DNA from: Solirubrobacteraceae bacterium
GTDB taxonomy: Bacteria; Actinomycetota; Thermoleophilia; Solirubrobacterales; Solirubrobacteraceae
NCBI GenBank assembly: GCA_035499395.1
Contig: DATJYY010000158.1
Location: 4,222-68,221 of the forward strand
Length of the DNA: 64,000 bases
Direction: 5' to 3'
How positions within the stretch are numbered: the stretch's first letter is position 1; each line of letters opens with the position of its first letter. The position numbers and the translations under genes are program-made. The notes under the pieces were generated by a model that was not told the origin of the DNA, did no database searches, and saw only the letters and a program-made list of their open reading frames with translations. Positions 49,032 to 58,186 of this stretch are shown here, piece after piece.

Positions 49032-50738
49032 GCCGGGCTTCGACGCCGGCCCCGGCGGCGGGTACAGCGGCAGGATCAGCGGCGGCAGCGGCGGTTGGTC
49101 GAAGTCGAAGTCTGCGGTGAAGTCGCCGAGCTGCGGGTTGGCCTCGCGCACGTCGGGACGGGGATCCGGGCGGCCGTCGGTGGCCGGGTCAAGGCTCTGG
49201 CCATCGAGGAAGTCGTCTTCGATGAATTTGTTGATCGCGTCGAAGCTGAGCGTCTGGTGGTCGATGAAGCCACGCCGCGCGTACGGGCTGATCACGAGCG
49301 ACGGCACCCGAAAGCCATATCCGTTCGCGTCGGCCACCGGCGGGAGGGCGTGGTCGTAGAAACCGCCCCAGTCGTCCCACACCAGGAAGATCGCGGTCGA
49401 ACCCCAGTCGGGCCCCTCCATGATCGTGTTGATCAGATTGGTGACGTACGCCTGGCCGTTTGCGATGTTCGCCGGCGGATGATCGGAGTGGCGCTGATCG
49501 GGAACGATCCAGGACACCTCCGGCAGTGCGCCGGTCCTGGCGTCTCTCAGGAACTGCGAGACGTTCTGGATGTTGCCCAGCTGGTGGTCCTGCTGGACGT
49601 CGGTGAACGACGGAAGCGGGTTCCAGATATCGGGGGTGCCGACGCTGAACGGCGTACTCGAGCAGTTCGCATTGCCGCCCTCGCAATCGGGCTCGCCGCC
49701 CGGGGTGATGAAGTAGCCCCAGCTGACGCCGTGCTTGTGCAGCAGGTAGGTGATGTCCGTCCACGCGTAGTTGTAGGTGGTGGCGACCTTCCGCGCGATC
49801 GTCGCGCGGCGCTTGGCGAGCTGGTCGTTGACGCGCCTCCGGCACCGTGCCACGGCCACGCTGAAGCGCGTGCTCGTCGCGACCGGCGCGCCGGCCGCCG
49901 GCGATTCGGTCGGCCGCACGAACCGGCATCGCCGCAGCCTGTGACGTGCGGTCCGCACCAGTCGGCCGAGCCGCTCGGCGGCCTGGCGCCCTCTCGCGCC
50001 CACGCCGATGATGTCCGAGGTCTGGTAGCCCCCGAGCTCGTCGTCGCCCGTACAGCTCGACGGGTCTCCCAGGCGCGAGCAGCGAGCCGACCACTCGGAG
50101 ACCTCGTACAGGTGGGCCGGCAGGCTCCAGGACGCGTCGGACTGGAACATATGGTCGTCGAGCACGAAATTCTCGGCGTACGCCCAGTAGTTCGGGATCT
50201 CGCGCGCGTCGTGGTAACCCATCACGTCCGACGGCGCGAGCGAGCTGCACACCCCGGCGAATCCGCCGCATCCGCGGCCGCCGAGCGTCTCTGACTCGCG
50301 GACGAACCCGTCCATCAGCCCGCCGTCGACGTCCGCGTCGACTGCGTCCTCGCTGTGTGGGCCGCCGCCGTTGACGAGCGACCGGTCGTGGAACGGGCGA
50401 TCGCAGCCTCCGGTGGCCGGGTCGGGGAGGCACACCGTGAAGCGGCCGTTGGTGGCGGGAATCCCGTCCGCTCCGGGATACGTGCCGAAGTACGAGTCGA
50501 ACGAGCGGTTCTCCTGGACGATCATCACCACGTGGCGGATCTTGCGGATCCCGACGTTGGACTGCCGCCCCGCGTTTGGCCGCGCGGCCGGCGCCGCAGC
50601 GCCGGATCCAGGCTGGCCCGCGACGCCGCAGCCGGCGACCGTCGCCGACGCCGCGCATGCGAGCGCGAGCAGGACGCGGGAGCGCCACAGGCGAGCCGCG
50701 CATCGATCCGTAGCGGGGTTTGCAGGTCTCGAGTCCAA
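49026..50738 (-). CDS. Phosphoesterase / phospholipase C family lipoprotein
   Basis: Lipobox VAGC; IRHVVMIVQENRSFDSYFG, LPEVSWIVP..SDHP, WDDWGGFYDH, GFRVP..ISPYAR. Confidence 0.9.
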   Translation of the reverse strand: MDSRPANPATDRCAARLWRSRVLLALACAASATVAGCGVAGQPGSGAAAPAARPNAGRQSNVGIRKIRHVVMIVQENRSFDSYFGTYPGADGIPATNGRFTVCLPDPATGGCDRPFHDRSLVNGGGPHSEDAVDADVDGGLMDGFVRESETLGGRGCGGFAGVCSSLAPSDVMGYHDAREIPNYWAYAENFVLDDHMFQSDASWSLPAHLYEVSEWSARCSRLGDPSSCTGDDELGGYQTSDIIGVGARGRQAAERLGRLVRTARHRLRRCRFVRPTESPAAGAPVATSTRFSVAVARCRRRVNDQLAKRRATIARKVATTYNYAWTDITYLLHKHGVSWGYFITPGGEPDCEGGNANCSSTPFSVGTPDIWNPLPSFTDVQQDHQLGNIQNVSQFLRDARTGALPEVSWIVPDQRHSDHPPANIANGQAYVTNLINTIMEGPDWGSTAIFLVWDDWGGFYDHALPPVADANGYGFRVPSLVISPYARRGFIDHQTLSFDAINKFIEDDFLDGQSLDPATDGRPDPRPDVREANPQLGDFTADFDFDQPPLPPLILPLYPPPGPASKPGG

Positions 50739-50984
50739 GGCCGCCGGCTATCTTGACTGCAAATGCGGCGGGCGGCTACCGCCGCTGGCGCTTCTTGACG
50801 CGACGCACACACAACGTTTACGGATCGTCGCCCAGCGTGGATCGCCGCGCCTCCGGGTCGGCGTCACACGCCGGCGCAGGATATCTCCCACGCGCGCTCC
50901 AGCTCCGAGCAGGGTTACTCGCGCCCAACTGGACACCGCGATCGATGGGACGGCTACCTAACCCGCCTCGACTATGCTTGTGGC

Positions 50985-51035
50985 AGGCGATGAAGCTCGC
51001 CTTGGATCGCGCTTCCTGGCGCTGATGGCTTCTAT
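50985..51035 (+). ncRNA. Fluoride (crcB) riboswitch 1
   Basis: GGCGATGAAGCTCGCC-TTGGATC-GCGC.TTCCTG.GCGC-TGATGGCTTCTA. P1 GGCG/CGCC, P2 GCGC/GCGC, pseudoknot GAAGCT/GGCTTC. TATGCT at 50973-50978. Confidence 0.85.
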
Positions 51036-51078
51036 GGCAGGCCTCTTCGGGCCCCACGCCCGTAACCAGGAGGTGGAA

Positions 51079-52407
51079 TTGAGCCCGCTGAAATCTCGGA
51101 GACGCGCCGGCGCCGAGCGCTCTGGCGGTGGCGGCGCGGCCGCTCAGCGCGCGGGGAACGCCGCGCGACCGCATATCGTCTCCGAACTCGAACGGTTGCT
51201 TCGCACGCCGGGCTGCCCGGCATGCAGGTACATCGACGAGTCGGAACGGAGCTTCTTCTCCTGGCTCGAGATCGAGAGCTTCAGCGTCGCCGAGGTGCAG
51301 GCGCGGGTGCGCGCGGCCATGGGCATGTGTCCCGCGCACTCGCGCAGGCTCGTCGACGAGTTCGGCGAGGGTCACGTGATGACGATCGTCATGCGAGAGG
51401 CGCTCGCGGGAGCGCGCCTGTGCGTGCGGGACGAGCTTGTGCCGGGACCGTGCCCGGCATGCGATGCCGTCGCGTTCGGAACGCAGCGCGCATGCCAGAT
51501 GATTGTCGACGCGGTGAGCGATCCGGTTCGGGGGCGCCTGTTCTTCGAACACGGAGGCATCTGCCTCGTGCATTTCCTCGATGCCGCCCCGGTGCTCGAG
51601 CCGACAGCGCTCAAGCTGCTCGCCGACCGCCTGCTCCGAACTCTGCTCGAGAGCGAGGGCTCCGTGCTCGTCGAGATGCTCGGCGGTGTCGATCCCGACG
51701 CGCAGCGCCGGGCCCGGTGGCGCGCCCTGCTACCCGAGCCGCCGGGCGCAAGCTCGACCCTCGACGAGGTCTGCGCTCGTTTCGAGATCGATGCGTGTCC
51801 TGTCTGCCTGTCGACCGGGCTGGTGGAGCGCGAGTACCTCCGGTGGCACGTCGAGCGCACCGCGCAGAACGATCCATCGCTCCGCAACGACCCCGGAGAG
51901 CTGTGTGCCCGCCATCTACACGATCTGGCGTTCGCCGACGCGGTCCTCGCCGCCCAGGCGACCGAGCGCAAGCGCGCGGCGGGGATCTCCAAGCTCACAC
52001 GGCTCGATGAGACCCCAGCCACAGGGCGCGATGGGCTCCTCACCACCCCGTACTGCCCGGCTTGCAACGCGCATGACGGGATCGAGCGCTCGCAACTAGA
52101 TTTCGTGGCCGCGTCGCTGGCGTTGTCGAGCGCGCGCGAGCGATACGAGCGCGGCCACGGGTTGTGCGTGCATCACTCCCGACAGGTTCCCGACGGGCCG
52201 GCAGCGCGGCTGGCGCGGCGTCACCTCGATGGCCGCCTCGGGGTGCTCGCATGGGAGGTGGGCGAGATCGCGCGCAAGTACGCCTGGGCGTACCGCCACG
52301 AGCGCGACGGTCACGAGCGGAACGCGTGGTTGCGAGCGCTTGCCCAAATCGACGGGCGCGTGTTCGAGGGGGGCCCCGCGCCCACGCGCGCGCCGGAGCG
52401 AGCGTGA
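51079..52407 (+). CDS. Four-repeat CxxC...CxxH protein (tandem DUF6062-like, putative Zn-binding)
   Basis: CPAC..GMCPAH; CPAC..GICLVH; CPVC..LCARH; CPAC..GLCVHH. AGGAGG at 51068-73 precedes TTG 51079; the ORF-track start at 50974 runs through the riboswitch. Confidence 0.75.
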   Translation: MSPLKSRRRAGAERSGGGGAAAQRAGNAARPHIVSELERLLRTPGCPACRYIDESERSFFSWLEIESFSVAEVQARVRAAMGMCPAHSRRLVDEFGEGHVMTIVMREALAGARLCVRDELVPGPCPACDAVAFGTQRACQMIVDAVSDPVRGRLFFEHGGICLVHFLDAAPVLEPTALKLLADRLLRTLLESEGSVLVEMLGGVDPDAQRRARWRALLPEPPGASSTLDEVCARFEIDACPVCLSTGLVEREYLRWHVERTAQNDPSLRNDPGELCARHLHDLAFADAVLAAQATERKRAAGISKLTRLDETPATGRDGLLTTPYCPACNAHDGIERSQLDFVAASLALSSARERYERGHGLCVHHSRQVPDGPAARLARRHLDGRLGVLAWEVGEIARKYAWAYRHERDGHERNAWLRALAQIDGRVFEGGPAPTRAPERA

Positions 52408-53381
52408 CCGAAACGTTCGACCGGCTGGATTTGGCGGAAGTCGCCGACCGCGCGGGCCAGGTACTCGACGAGGTCGAGCGGGCCGTAATCGGTAAGCGTC
52501 CGGCGCTCGAGCTCGCGCTCTGCGCGCTGTTGGCGGACGGCCACGTCCTGATCGAGGATTATCCGGGGCTCGCGAAGACACTGATCGCGCGGTCGTTCGC
52601 GACCGTGACCGGCACACGCTTCTCGCGGGTGCAGTTCACGCCTGACCTGATGCCGTCCGACGTCACTGGTGCGTCGATCTTCGATCAGCGCACGGGGGAA
52701 TTCGAATTCCGTCCCGGACCTGTGTTCAGCAACGTGCTGCTGGCCGACGAGATCAACCGTGCCCCGCCGAAGACCCAGGCGGCGCTGCTCGAAGCGATGG
52801 CCGAGCGCCAGGTCACGACCGACGACCGCACGCGGGCGCTCGAGCGACCCTTCCTGGTGCTGGCCACGCAGAATCCGATCGAGTACGAGGGGACGTACCC
52901 GCTGCCCGAGGCGCAGCTGGATCGGTTCTTGATCCGAATGCACGTCGGCTACCCGTCCGCCGACGACGAGTGGGACATCCTCGAGCGCCGCCTGAGACGC
53001 CGTGAGGACGAAGCCCATTTGCGGCCGGTCGTCGACCGGGGCGAGCTGATCGCGATGCAGCGCGCAGTCGAGAAGGTGCACGTCTCGCCGGCCGTCGGCC
53101 GCTACATCGTGGCGATCGTCGCAGCCACGCGTGAGAGCCCGAGCGTTCAGGTCGGCGCGAGCCCTCGCGGCTCGCTCGCGCTGATGAAGCTGAGCCGGGT
53201 CAAGGCGGTCCTCGACGGGCGCGACTTCGTCGTGCCCGACGACGTGAAGGCGGTCGCGGTCCCGGCCCTGGCCCATCGGCTCGCGCTGCGACCCGAGCTG
53301 TGGGTTCAGCGGGTTCGGGCCGAGGACGTGGTCCGCGAGTGCCTCACGTCGGTCCCGGTCCCGACCACCGAGGTCGAGTGA
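52404..53381 (+). CDS. moxR: MoxR-family AAA+ ATPase
   Basis: GHVLIEDYPGLAKT, QFTPDLMPSDVTG, LADEINRAPPKTQAALLE, TQNPIEYEGTYPLPEAQLDRF, GASPR. Confidence 0.95.
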   Translation: MTETFDRLDLAEVADRAGQVLDEVERAVIGKRPALELALCALLADGHVLIEDYPGLAKTLIARSFATVTGTRFSRVQFTPDLMPSDVTGASIFDQRTGEFEFRPGPVFSNVLLADEINRAPPKTQAALLEAMAERQVTTDDRTRALERPFLVLATQNPIEYEGTYPLPEAQLDRFLIRMHVGYPSADDEWDILERRLRRREDEAHLRPVVDRGELIAMQRAVEKVHVSPAVGRYIVAIVAATRESPSVQVGASPRGSLALMKLSRVKAVLDGRDFVVPDDVKAVAVPALAHRLALRPELWVQRVRAEDVVRECLTSVPVPTTEVE

Positions 53382-54127
53382 CCGTGCGTTGGCGTTCCCG
53401 CGCCAGACGGTCGAGCAGCCCCAGCCGCCCTCGCGAGGCTCGCCGTCCACCGTCGAGCGTGGTCACTACCTGGCTGCGGCAGGGCCTGCGAGCAGGGATG
53501 TGCCCGCTGTGCCGTGTCGCCCACAAGGCCGATCGCGAATACATGTGGCACTTCTTCGACGAGGGCTCGGACCAGGGAGAGTCGATCGACGCGGTCCGTC
53601 GGGCCTGCGGGTTCTGCGCCGAGCACGTAGAGATGCTCCGGCGCATCGAGGTCGACGGGATGAAGTCGACGCTCGCGATCAGCACGATGCTCGCGGACAC
53701 GTTTGCCGGCATCGTCGAGGACCTCGAGTCCCTCGATGTCAAGTCGGGGTTTCAGCGCGCGGCGTGCCCCGCATGCGCGAGTCGCGACGAGCAACTGCGC
53801 GCGAACGCGCGGTACCTCCTCGCCGAGCTCGCCACCACGGCCACGCGCCGCGACGCGTTCGAACGTTCCCCGGGACTGTGCTTCGCGCACTTCGAGCTCG
53901 TGTGGAACGCCGCGGAGACGATCGAGGACCGGGAGCTGATCCTGCGCGTCCAGCGGTACGCGGCCCGGTCGCCGCTGGGCGAACTGCGCGAGCACGTACG
54001 CAAGCACGACCACAAGTTCCATGACGAGCCGAAGGGTGCCGAGCGCGACTCGTGGCTTCGCGCGATTTCCCTGACGGCCGGCTGGCCACCTCCAACGGAA
54101 TCTGCCGGCGAGCTGGAGCGGCAGTGA
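53378..54127 (+). CDS. DUF6062-like protein (two CxxC...CxxH units)
   Basis: CPLC..GFCAEH; CPAC..GLCFAH; C-terminal RKHDHKF.DEP.GAERDSW.RAI. Confidence 0.75.
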   Translation: MTVRWRSRARRSSSPSRPREARRPPSSVVTTWLRQGLRAGMCPLCRVAHKADREYMWHFFDEGSDQGESIDAVRRACGFCAEHVEMLRRIEVDGMKSTLAISTMLADTFAGIVEDLESLDVKSGFQRAACPACASRDEQLRANARYLLAELATTATRRDAFERSPGLCFAHFELVWNAAETIEDRELILRVQRYAARSPLGELREHVRKHDHKFHDEPKGAERDSWLRAISLTAGWPPPTESAGELERQ

Positions 54128-54130
54128 CGA

Positions 54131-55147
54131 TCAGCCGAGCCGCGGAGCGACCAGCAGAAGCGCGACGAACGCCAGAAGAAGGTAGAGGAGGTACAGGCCC
54201 AGCGGGCCGGCCTGGATGTTCCGGACGGCGTCGGCCGCCTTGGTAAACGCACCGGTGATCGGCCGGTAGAGACACCCGGGATCGAACAGCCGCGGCTCGG
54301 CTCGCATCATGCTGAGCCGTTCCGGGAATCGTTGGTCGCCGATCGTCCGCAGCTGCGTCCGGACCCGGTAGACGACGTTGAAGATCACCCGGACCATGTT
54401 CGCGTAGCCGATCGCGGTGTACTAGGCCCGGCGGCCGGAAACTGCGACGCCCGAAGCCCACACGGGCACGGTCCGCGCGCGGCGAAGGCCGGCGAGGCGG
54501 CGGATGCAGGCGGCCCCGAGGGCGAACCCGGTCAACGTGAGCGCGAGCACCGTGGGGCTGATGCTGGCGAACCCCGCGTACCCGGGCTCGACCAGCCAGC
54601 CGGGCTGGCTGATGTGGCCGATGGCGGAGGCGCCGCCCACCGGCAGCAGCCCGTGTTCGAGCACCTTCACCACCCATGGTGCCGCGACGCCGATGGCAAG
54701 CGAGCCGAGCGCGAGCAGACCCATCCCCCAGCGCGCAGGGCGTCGCTCCGCGCGCGGCTCGATGGAGCGGTCTCTCGGCATTCCGAGGAACGTCATCCCG
54801 GTCGCGCGGACGAACGCGAGCGCGGCCAGTCCCGCGGTGAGCGCGACGAGCGCCCCCGCCACCGCGATCGCCAGGTGTGAGCCGGTTCCGCTAACGCGGA
54901 ACCCCTGCATCAACGCCTCGAGCCCCAGCCATTCCGAGACGAAGCCGCTGAACGGCGGCAGCGCCGCGAGCGCGGCGCCACCGGCCAGCGTCGCGACGGC
55001 GGCCGCCGGGAGTCGGCGGTAGAGCCCGCCCAGACGCTCCATGTCGCTCGTCCCCGTGCTGCGTTCGACGCCGGCCACCGAGTCGAACAGCCCCGCCTTG
55101 GCGACGCTGTGGGCGGTTATCTGAAACGCCGCCGCGATCAGGCCCAC
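54131..55147 (-). pseudogene. Hydrogenase-4 component B (HyfB)-like proton-translocating subunit, truncated
   Basis: HSVAKAGLF, MERLGGL, LPPFSGFVSEW. The N-terminal half is missing. In-frame TAG at 54422-54424 (RA*YTAIGYAN), after which the frame continues to a YLLYLLLA C-terminus. Confidence 0.8.
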
Positions 55148-55225
55148 TCTGGCAGACCTGGATTCCCCATCGCGGCAGCATCATTCGACGAGTTCGAACT
55201 CCTCCGCGGGCGCTCTAACGCTGTT

Positions 55226-55282
55226 GCGTAGCCATCAGCCCGAAGACGGTTCGGTCACACGACCCGGCGAACTCCATCGCCG
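55226..55282 (-). ncRNA. Fluoride (crcB) riboswitch 2, possibly degenerate
   Basis: Minus strand CGGCGATGGAGTTCGCCG..GAACCGTCTTCGGGCTGATGGCTAC. The pseudoknot GGAGTT/GGCTAC has one mismatch. TATATT upstream. Confidence 0.72.
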
Positions 55283-55340
55283 TACTGCCAGCGACGACGC
55301 AATATAGCGAGGCCGCCACGGGTACCGGCCGGAACGAGTG

Positions 55341-55706
55341 TCACGCAAGCGCCGTGTGGGCCGCTTCGCGCACCATGAACGACTCGCACTCTTTCAACTG
55401 CTCGAGCCAGTCGCGGAGCTCGACCCGACCCGCGATCTCGATCGCGCTGCGCAGCGCCGCGACCGCGAGATACGGATCCCGACCCTCGTCGACGACTCTT
55501 CGCAGGATCGGAAGCGCGGAGCGGACCCGTCGTAGGCCCAGCGTCTGGGCGGCGAGCACCGCCCGATCGCCGTCGGGATGCCCCAGCGCCCACACCAGCT
55601 GCTCATCAAAGGAAAGGCCCGGCGGACCCTGTACCGGACGCCCGCAACGCACACAGGACCCAGTCGAGCGGGTGTTGACCCCGTAGCAATAGTGGCACCA
55701 GTGCAT
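55341..55706 (-). CDS. Zinc-ribbon plus HEAT-repeat protein
   Basis: CHYC...CVRC followed by LVWALGHPD..AVLAAQTLG..ALPIL HEAT-like helices. Confidence 0.75.
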   Translation of the reverse strand: MHWCHYCYGVNTRSTGSCVRCGRPVQGPPGLSFDEQLVWALGHPDGDRAVLAAQTLGLRRVRSALPILRRVVDEGRDPYLAVAALRSAIEIAGRVELRDWLEQLKECESFMVREAAHTALA

Positions 55707-55709
55707 CGA

Positions 55710-55787
55710 CTAAGGCCGGAGCGTCGCGGACAGCAGTCCACCGACGACGACTGGCAGCAATGCACCCACAGGCGAACTCGCCTCCAT
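55710..55787 (-). CDS. 25-aa hydrophobic ORF directly under riboswitch 3
   Basis: MEASSPVGALLPVVVGGLLSATLRP with a GGAGG RBS; its ATG lies inside the predicted expression-platform stem. Confidence 0.45.
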   Translation of the reverse strand: MEASSPVGALLPVVVGGLLSATLRP

Positions 55788-55818
55788 TACGAACCTCCAA
55801 GAATGGGGAGAACCTGTA

Positions 55819-55869
55819 ATAGAGGCCATCAGCGGCATCAACCGCGCTTCGACGCGAGCCTCATCGCGT
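55819..55869 (-). ncRNA. Fluoride (crcB) riboswitch 3
   Basis: Minus strand ACGCGATGAGGCTCGCGT-CGAAGC-GCGG.TTGATG.CCGC-TGATGGCCTCTA. P1 ACGCG/CGCGT (covariant), pseudoknot GAGGCT/GGCCTC. TATAAC 6 nt upstream. Confidence 0.85.
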
Positions 55870-55998
55870 GCACCCGTTATAGCAGAGTTACCAGCGATGC
55901 TCGCCGATGACCTGACCGTTTCAGTGACAGCTTTGCCGATCTGCACGTGTAACCCCACGCCCACGAGTGCAACTCGCGCAGCCCCGACGGTTATGTGG

Positions 55999-56586
55999 TC
56001 AGCCCAGGGACGATCCGAACCGCCGTCGCGCCAGGATTACGAGGCCGACGAAGGCCGCCACGACGGCAAGCACACCCACAGCGGTCACTGCCAGCGTTCG
56101 AGGCACCGCGGCGGTGACCGCAAGTGCCGCCACGGCCGACACACACGCTCCGAGCGCGGCGACCGCCAGCGTCGCCGTGATCCGGGCCATGATTGCGCCA
56201 GTGGCGATCTGCCCGACCCCGCTGAGCTCCATGGTCCGGATCGCGAGGTCGTCCATCACCAGGAGGCCGGCGCCGTAAGCCGGGGCCAACAACAGCCGAG
56301 CGTCGTGGCGTAGCAGGAACAGCACGCCCAGTACCGCCACGGCCGCGTGCACGGGGGCGGGCGACTGCGCGACCATTCCGGCGGTCACCAACAGCGCGGC
56401 GGTGCCGGCGCCGAGCCACGCCAGCTGGCTCGCGGCGCCGGCGTCGCCGATCACGAGCACCGCCAGTCCGGCGAGCAAGAACAATGCGGCGGCCGCGGTG
56501 GCTAAGCGCGCAGGACGGCCCGGGCGGAGCGCCGGAATGCGTTCACCTCCTCGAGCGTGGGGCCGAGGGAGCCGCCCGACTCCCAA
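55999..56586 (-). CDS. Multi-TM membrane protein following DUF58
   Basis: Five to six hydrophobic segments; true start uncertain because it overlaps the DUF58 3' end. Confidence 0.65.
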   Translation of the reverse strand: MGVGRLPRPHARGGERIPALRPGRPARLATAAAALFLLAGLAVLVIGDAGAASQLAWLGAGTAALLVTAGMVAQSPAPVHAAVAVLGVLFLLRHDARLLLAPAYGAGLLVMDDLAIRTMELSGVGQIATGAIMARITATLAVAALGACVSAVAALAVTAAVPRTLAVTAVGVLAVVAAFVGLVILARRRFGSSLG

Positions 56587-57779
56587 ACCGCGACGCCGAT
56601 GCCAAGCGCCCGCAGGCGCGCGCGCAGCGCTTCCCGCTCAAGTCGCCACAACTCGTATGCGACGGCATCGGCCGCGGTCGGACCGCGCGATATGTGATCC
56701 AACGGTGAGATCTCGATCACGGTCAGGTCAAATCCTCGAGTGCGAAGCTCACTGACCAACGCGATCGAGCGCTCGTCGAGCAGTGGCGTGATGGCGAGTG
56801 TGAGTGCCCCGGGCGGCAAAACCTTCTGGGGGAGGCTGTCGACCTTCCGCCACGCATAGCTGAACGCGATGTCGCTCGAGAGCAGCGCGTCGACGATTCG
56901 GTAGAGCTGAGTGGTCCCGAACGCCGGCTCGAGCCAGTGCAGCGTTCCCCCGAAGTCGACCACGCCGACCCGGTCCCGCCGACCAAGGTGGGCTCTGGCG
57001 AGCATCGCGGCCGCACGCACAGCGGCGTCGAGTGTCCCACTTGCCTGATCCCGGGCCTCCTCGAACGTGTCGATGAGCAGCACGACATCGCTCGAGTGCT
57101 CGGGATGGCGTTGGTTTACCTGGAGTGAGCCACGCCTGGCGGACGCCCGCCAGTTGACCTGTCTCGCTCGGTCGCCCGCCTGAAACGGTCGGATGTCCGC
57201 GAACTCGATCCCGTCAGCACGGGCGCGTGCGACATGACTTCCGAGGAACGGCTGAGTGCGGAGGGGCGCGACCAGCTCGCGCAGACGCTCCTCGCGCGGA
57301 AACACACGCAGATCTATGCGTTCGCCGAGGCGGCCTTCCCAGGTCGTAAGCCCCAGTGCATCGCGGGCGCGAACCGTCAGCGGTCCGAGGCCGTGCGCTC
57401 CCCAGCGCCCCGGCCGCACGGAGAATGCGATCTCGGCTTCCGACCGCGCATCCACGCGCAGCGCCACGGTCCCTGCAGGACTGACGGCCAGGTGCTTGGC
57501 GCGCACCAGCGCCACCTCGACCTCCACCGGCACCCGCCCGTCGTTGCGCACCCGGACTGTTGTGCCTAGGTTGTCGCCCTCGAGCAGGCGCACGCGCCCA
57601 GGCTCGACAGTGGCGCTAACAGCCGGCTCCTCCGCCAGTACCACTCCCGCACCGGCGAACACTAGGAACGGCAACGCGATCAGAGCTAGCTCCGGCCGGC
57701 CAGTGGCCAGCGCGGCAACCAGGCCGGCGCCCGCCAGAGCCAGCATTCCAGGCGTTCGTGGTGACAGGAAGCCCTTCAC
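56502..57779 (-). CDS. DUF58 (vWA-like) MoxR partner protein
   Basis: N-terminal TM; GIEFADIRPFQAGD..RQVNWRASARRG, VVLLID, DRVGVV; GTGA overlap with the upstream gene. Confidence 0.88.
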   Translation of the reverse strand: MKGFLSPRTPGMLALAGAGLVAALATGRPELALIALPFLVFAGAGVVLAEEPAVSATVEPGRVRLLEGDNLGTTVRVRNDGRVPVEVEVALVRAKHLAVSPAGTVALRVDARSEAEIAFSVRPGRWGAHGLGPLTVRARDALGLTTWEGRLGERIDLRVFPREERLRELVAPLRTQPFLGSHVARARADGIEFADIRPFQAGDRARQVNWRASARRGSLQVNQRHPEHSSDVVLLIDTFEEARDQASGTLDAAVRAAAMLARAHLGRRDRVGVVDFGGTLHWLEPAFGTTQLYRIVDALLSSDIAFSYAWRKVDSLPQKVLPPGALTLAITPLLDERSIALVSELRTRGFDLTVIEISPLDHISRGPTAADAVAYELWRLEREALRARLRALGIGVAVWESGGSLGPTLEEVNAFRRSARAVLRA

Positions 57780-58186
57780 AGTTGCCGGATCACGTCGAGC
57801 ATTGCGCTGAGGTCTCGCGGCTGGACTCCCGGGCCGCGTCGGTCCTCCGGAAACGGCCGGTCGGGCTTGACGATGTCCCAGAGCCGATCGCCGAGCACTT
57901 CTCGGCCGGCCGCTGCCGACATTCGGTCCAGCGTTTGTCCGCGCACTGCAAGTCGGGACGAGACGATCTGGATCAGCAGCGGACGCAAATACGCGTGTAC
58001 ATACACCGCGCTCTGCCCGGCTGTGCTCACGAGTCGCTCCAGTGCGACAAGTTGTTGGGGCCTCGACGCCCCGCGAACCACGAGCTTCTGCCGGCGCAAA
58101 GGCCGTGGAGCGGGGAGCAGCGACACGCACGCCGCCACCGCGATGCCCGCAAGCGCGATCAGCGCGATCTCCGCCGCCAACCTCAC
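57776..58186 (-). CDS. Hypothetical protein of DUF4129-MoxR-DUF58-type operons
   Basis: N-terminal TM; LRPLL...RL, LGDRLWDIVKPDRP...GPG; translationally coupled on both sides. Confidence 0.7.
   Translation of the reverse strand: MRLAAEIALIALAGIAVAACVSLLPAPRPLRRQKLVVRGASRPQQLVALERLVSTAGQSAVYVHAYLRPLLIQIVSSRLAVRGQTLDRMSAAAGREVLGDRLWDIVKPDRPFPEDRRGPGVQPRDLSAMLDVIRQL

Noticed and set aside
50974-51078. ORF-track N-terminal extension MLVAGDEARL..LMAS
   Set aside because: It is the translation of riboswitch 1. Similar DEAR..LMAS peptides in the tracks at 55710-55964 and 58183-59256 are also aptamer sequence, not a protein motif.
54422-54424. In-frame TAG as a pyrrolysine or readthrough codon
   Set aside because: The gene is also 5'-truncated and no pyl machinery is present; a nonsense mutation is simpler
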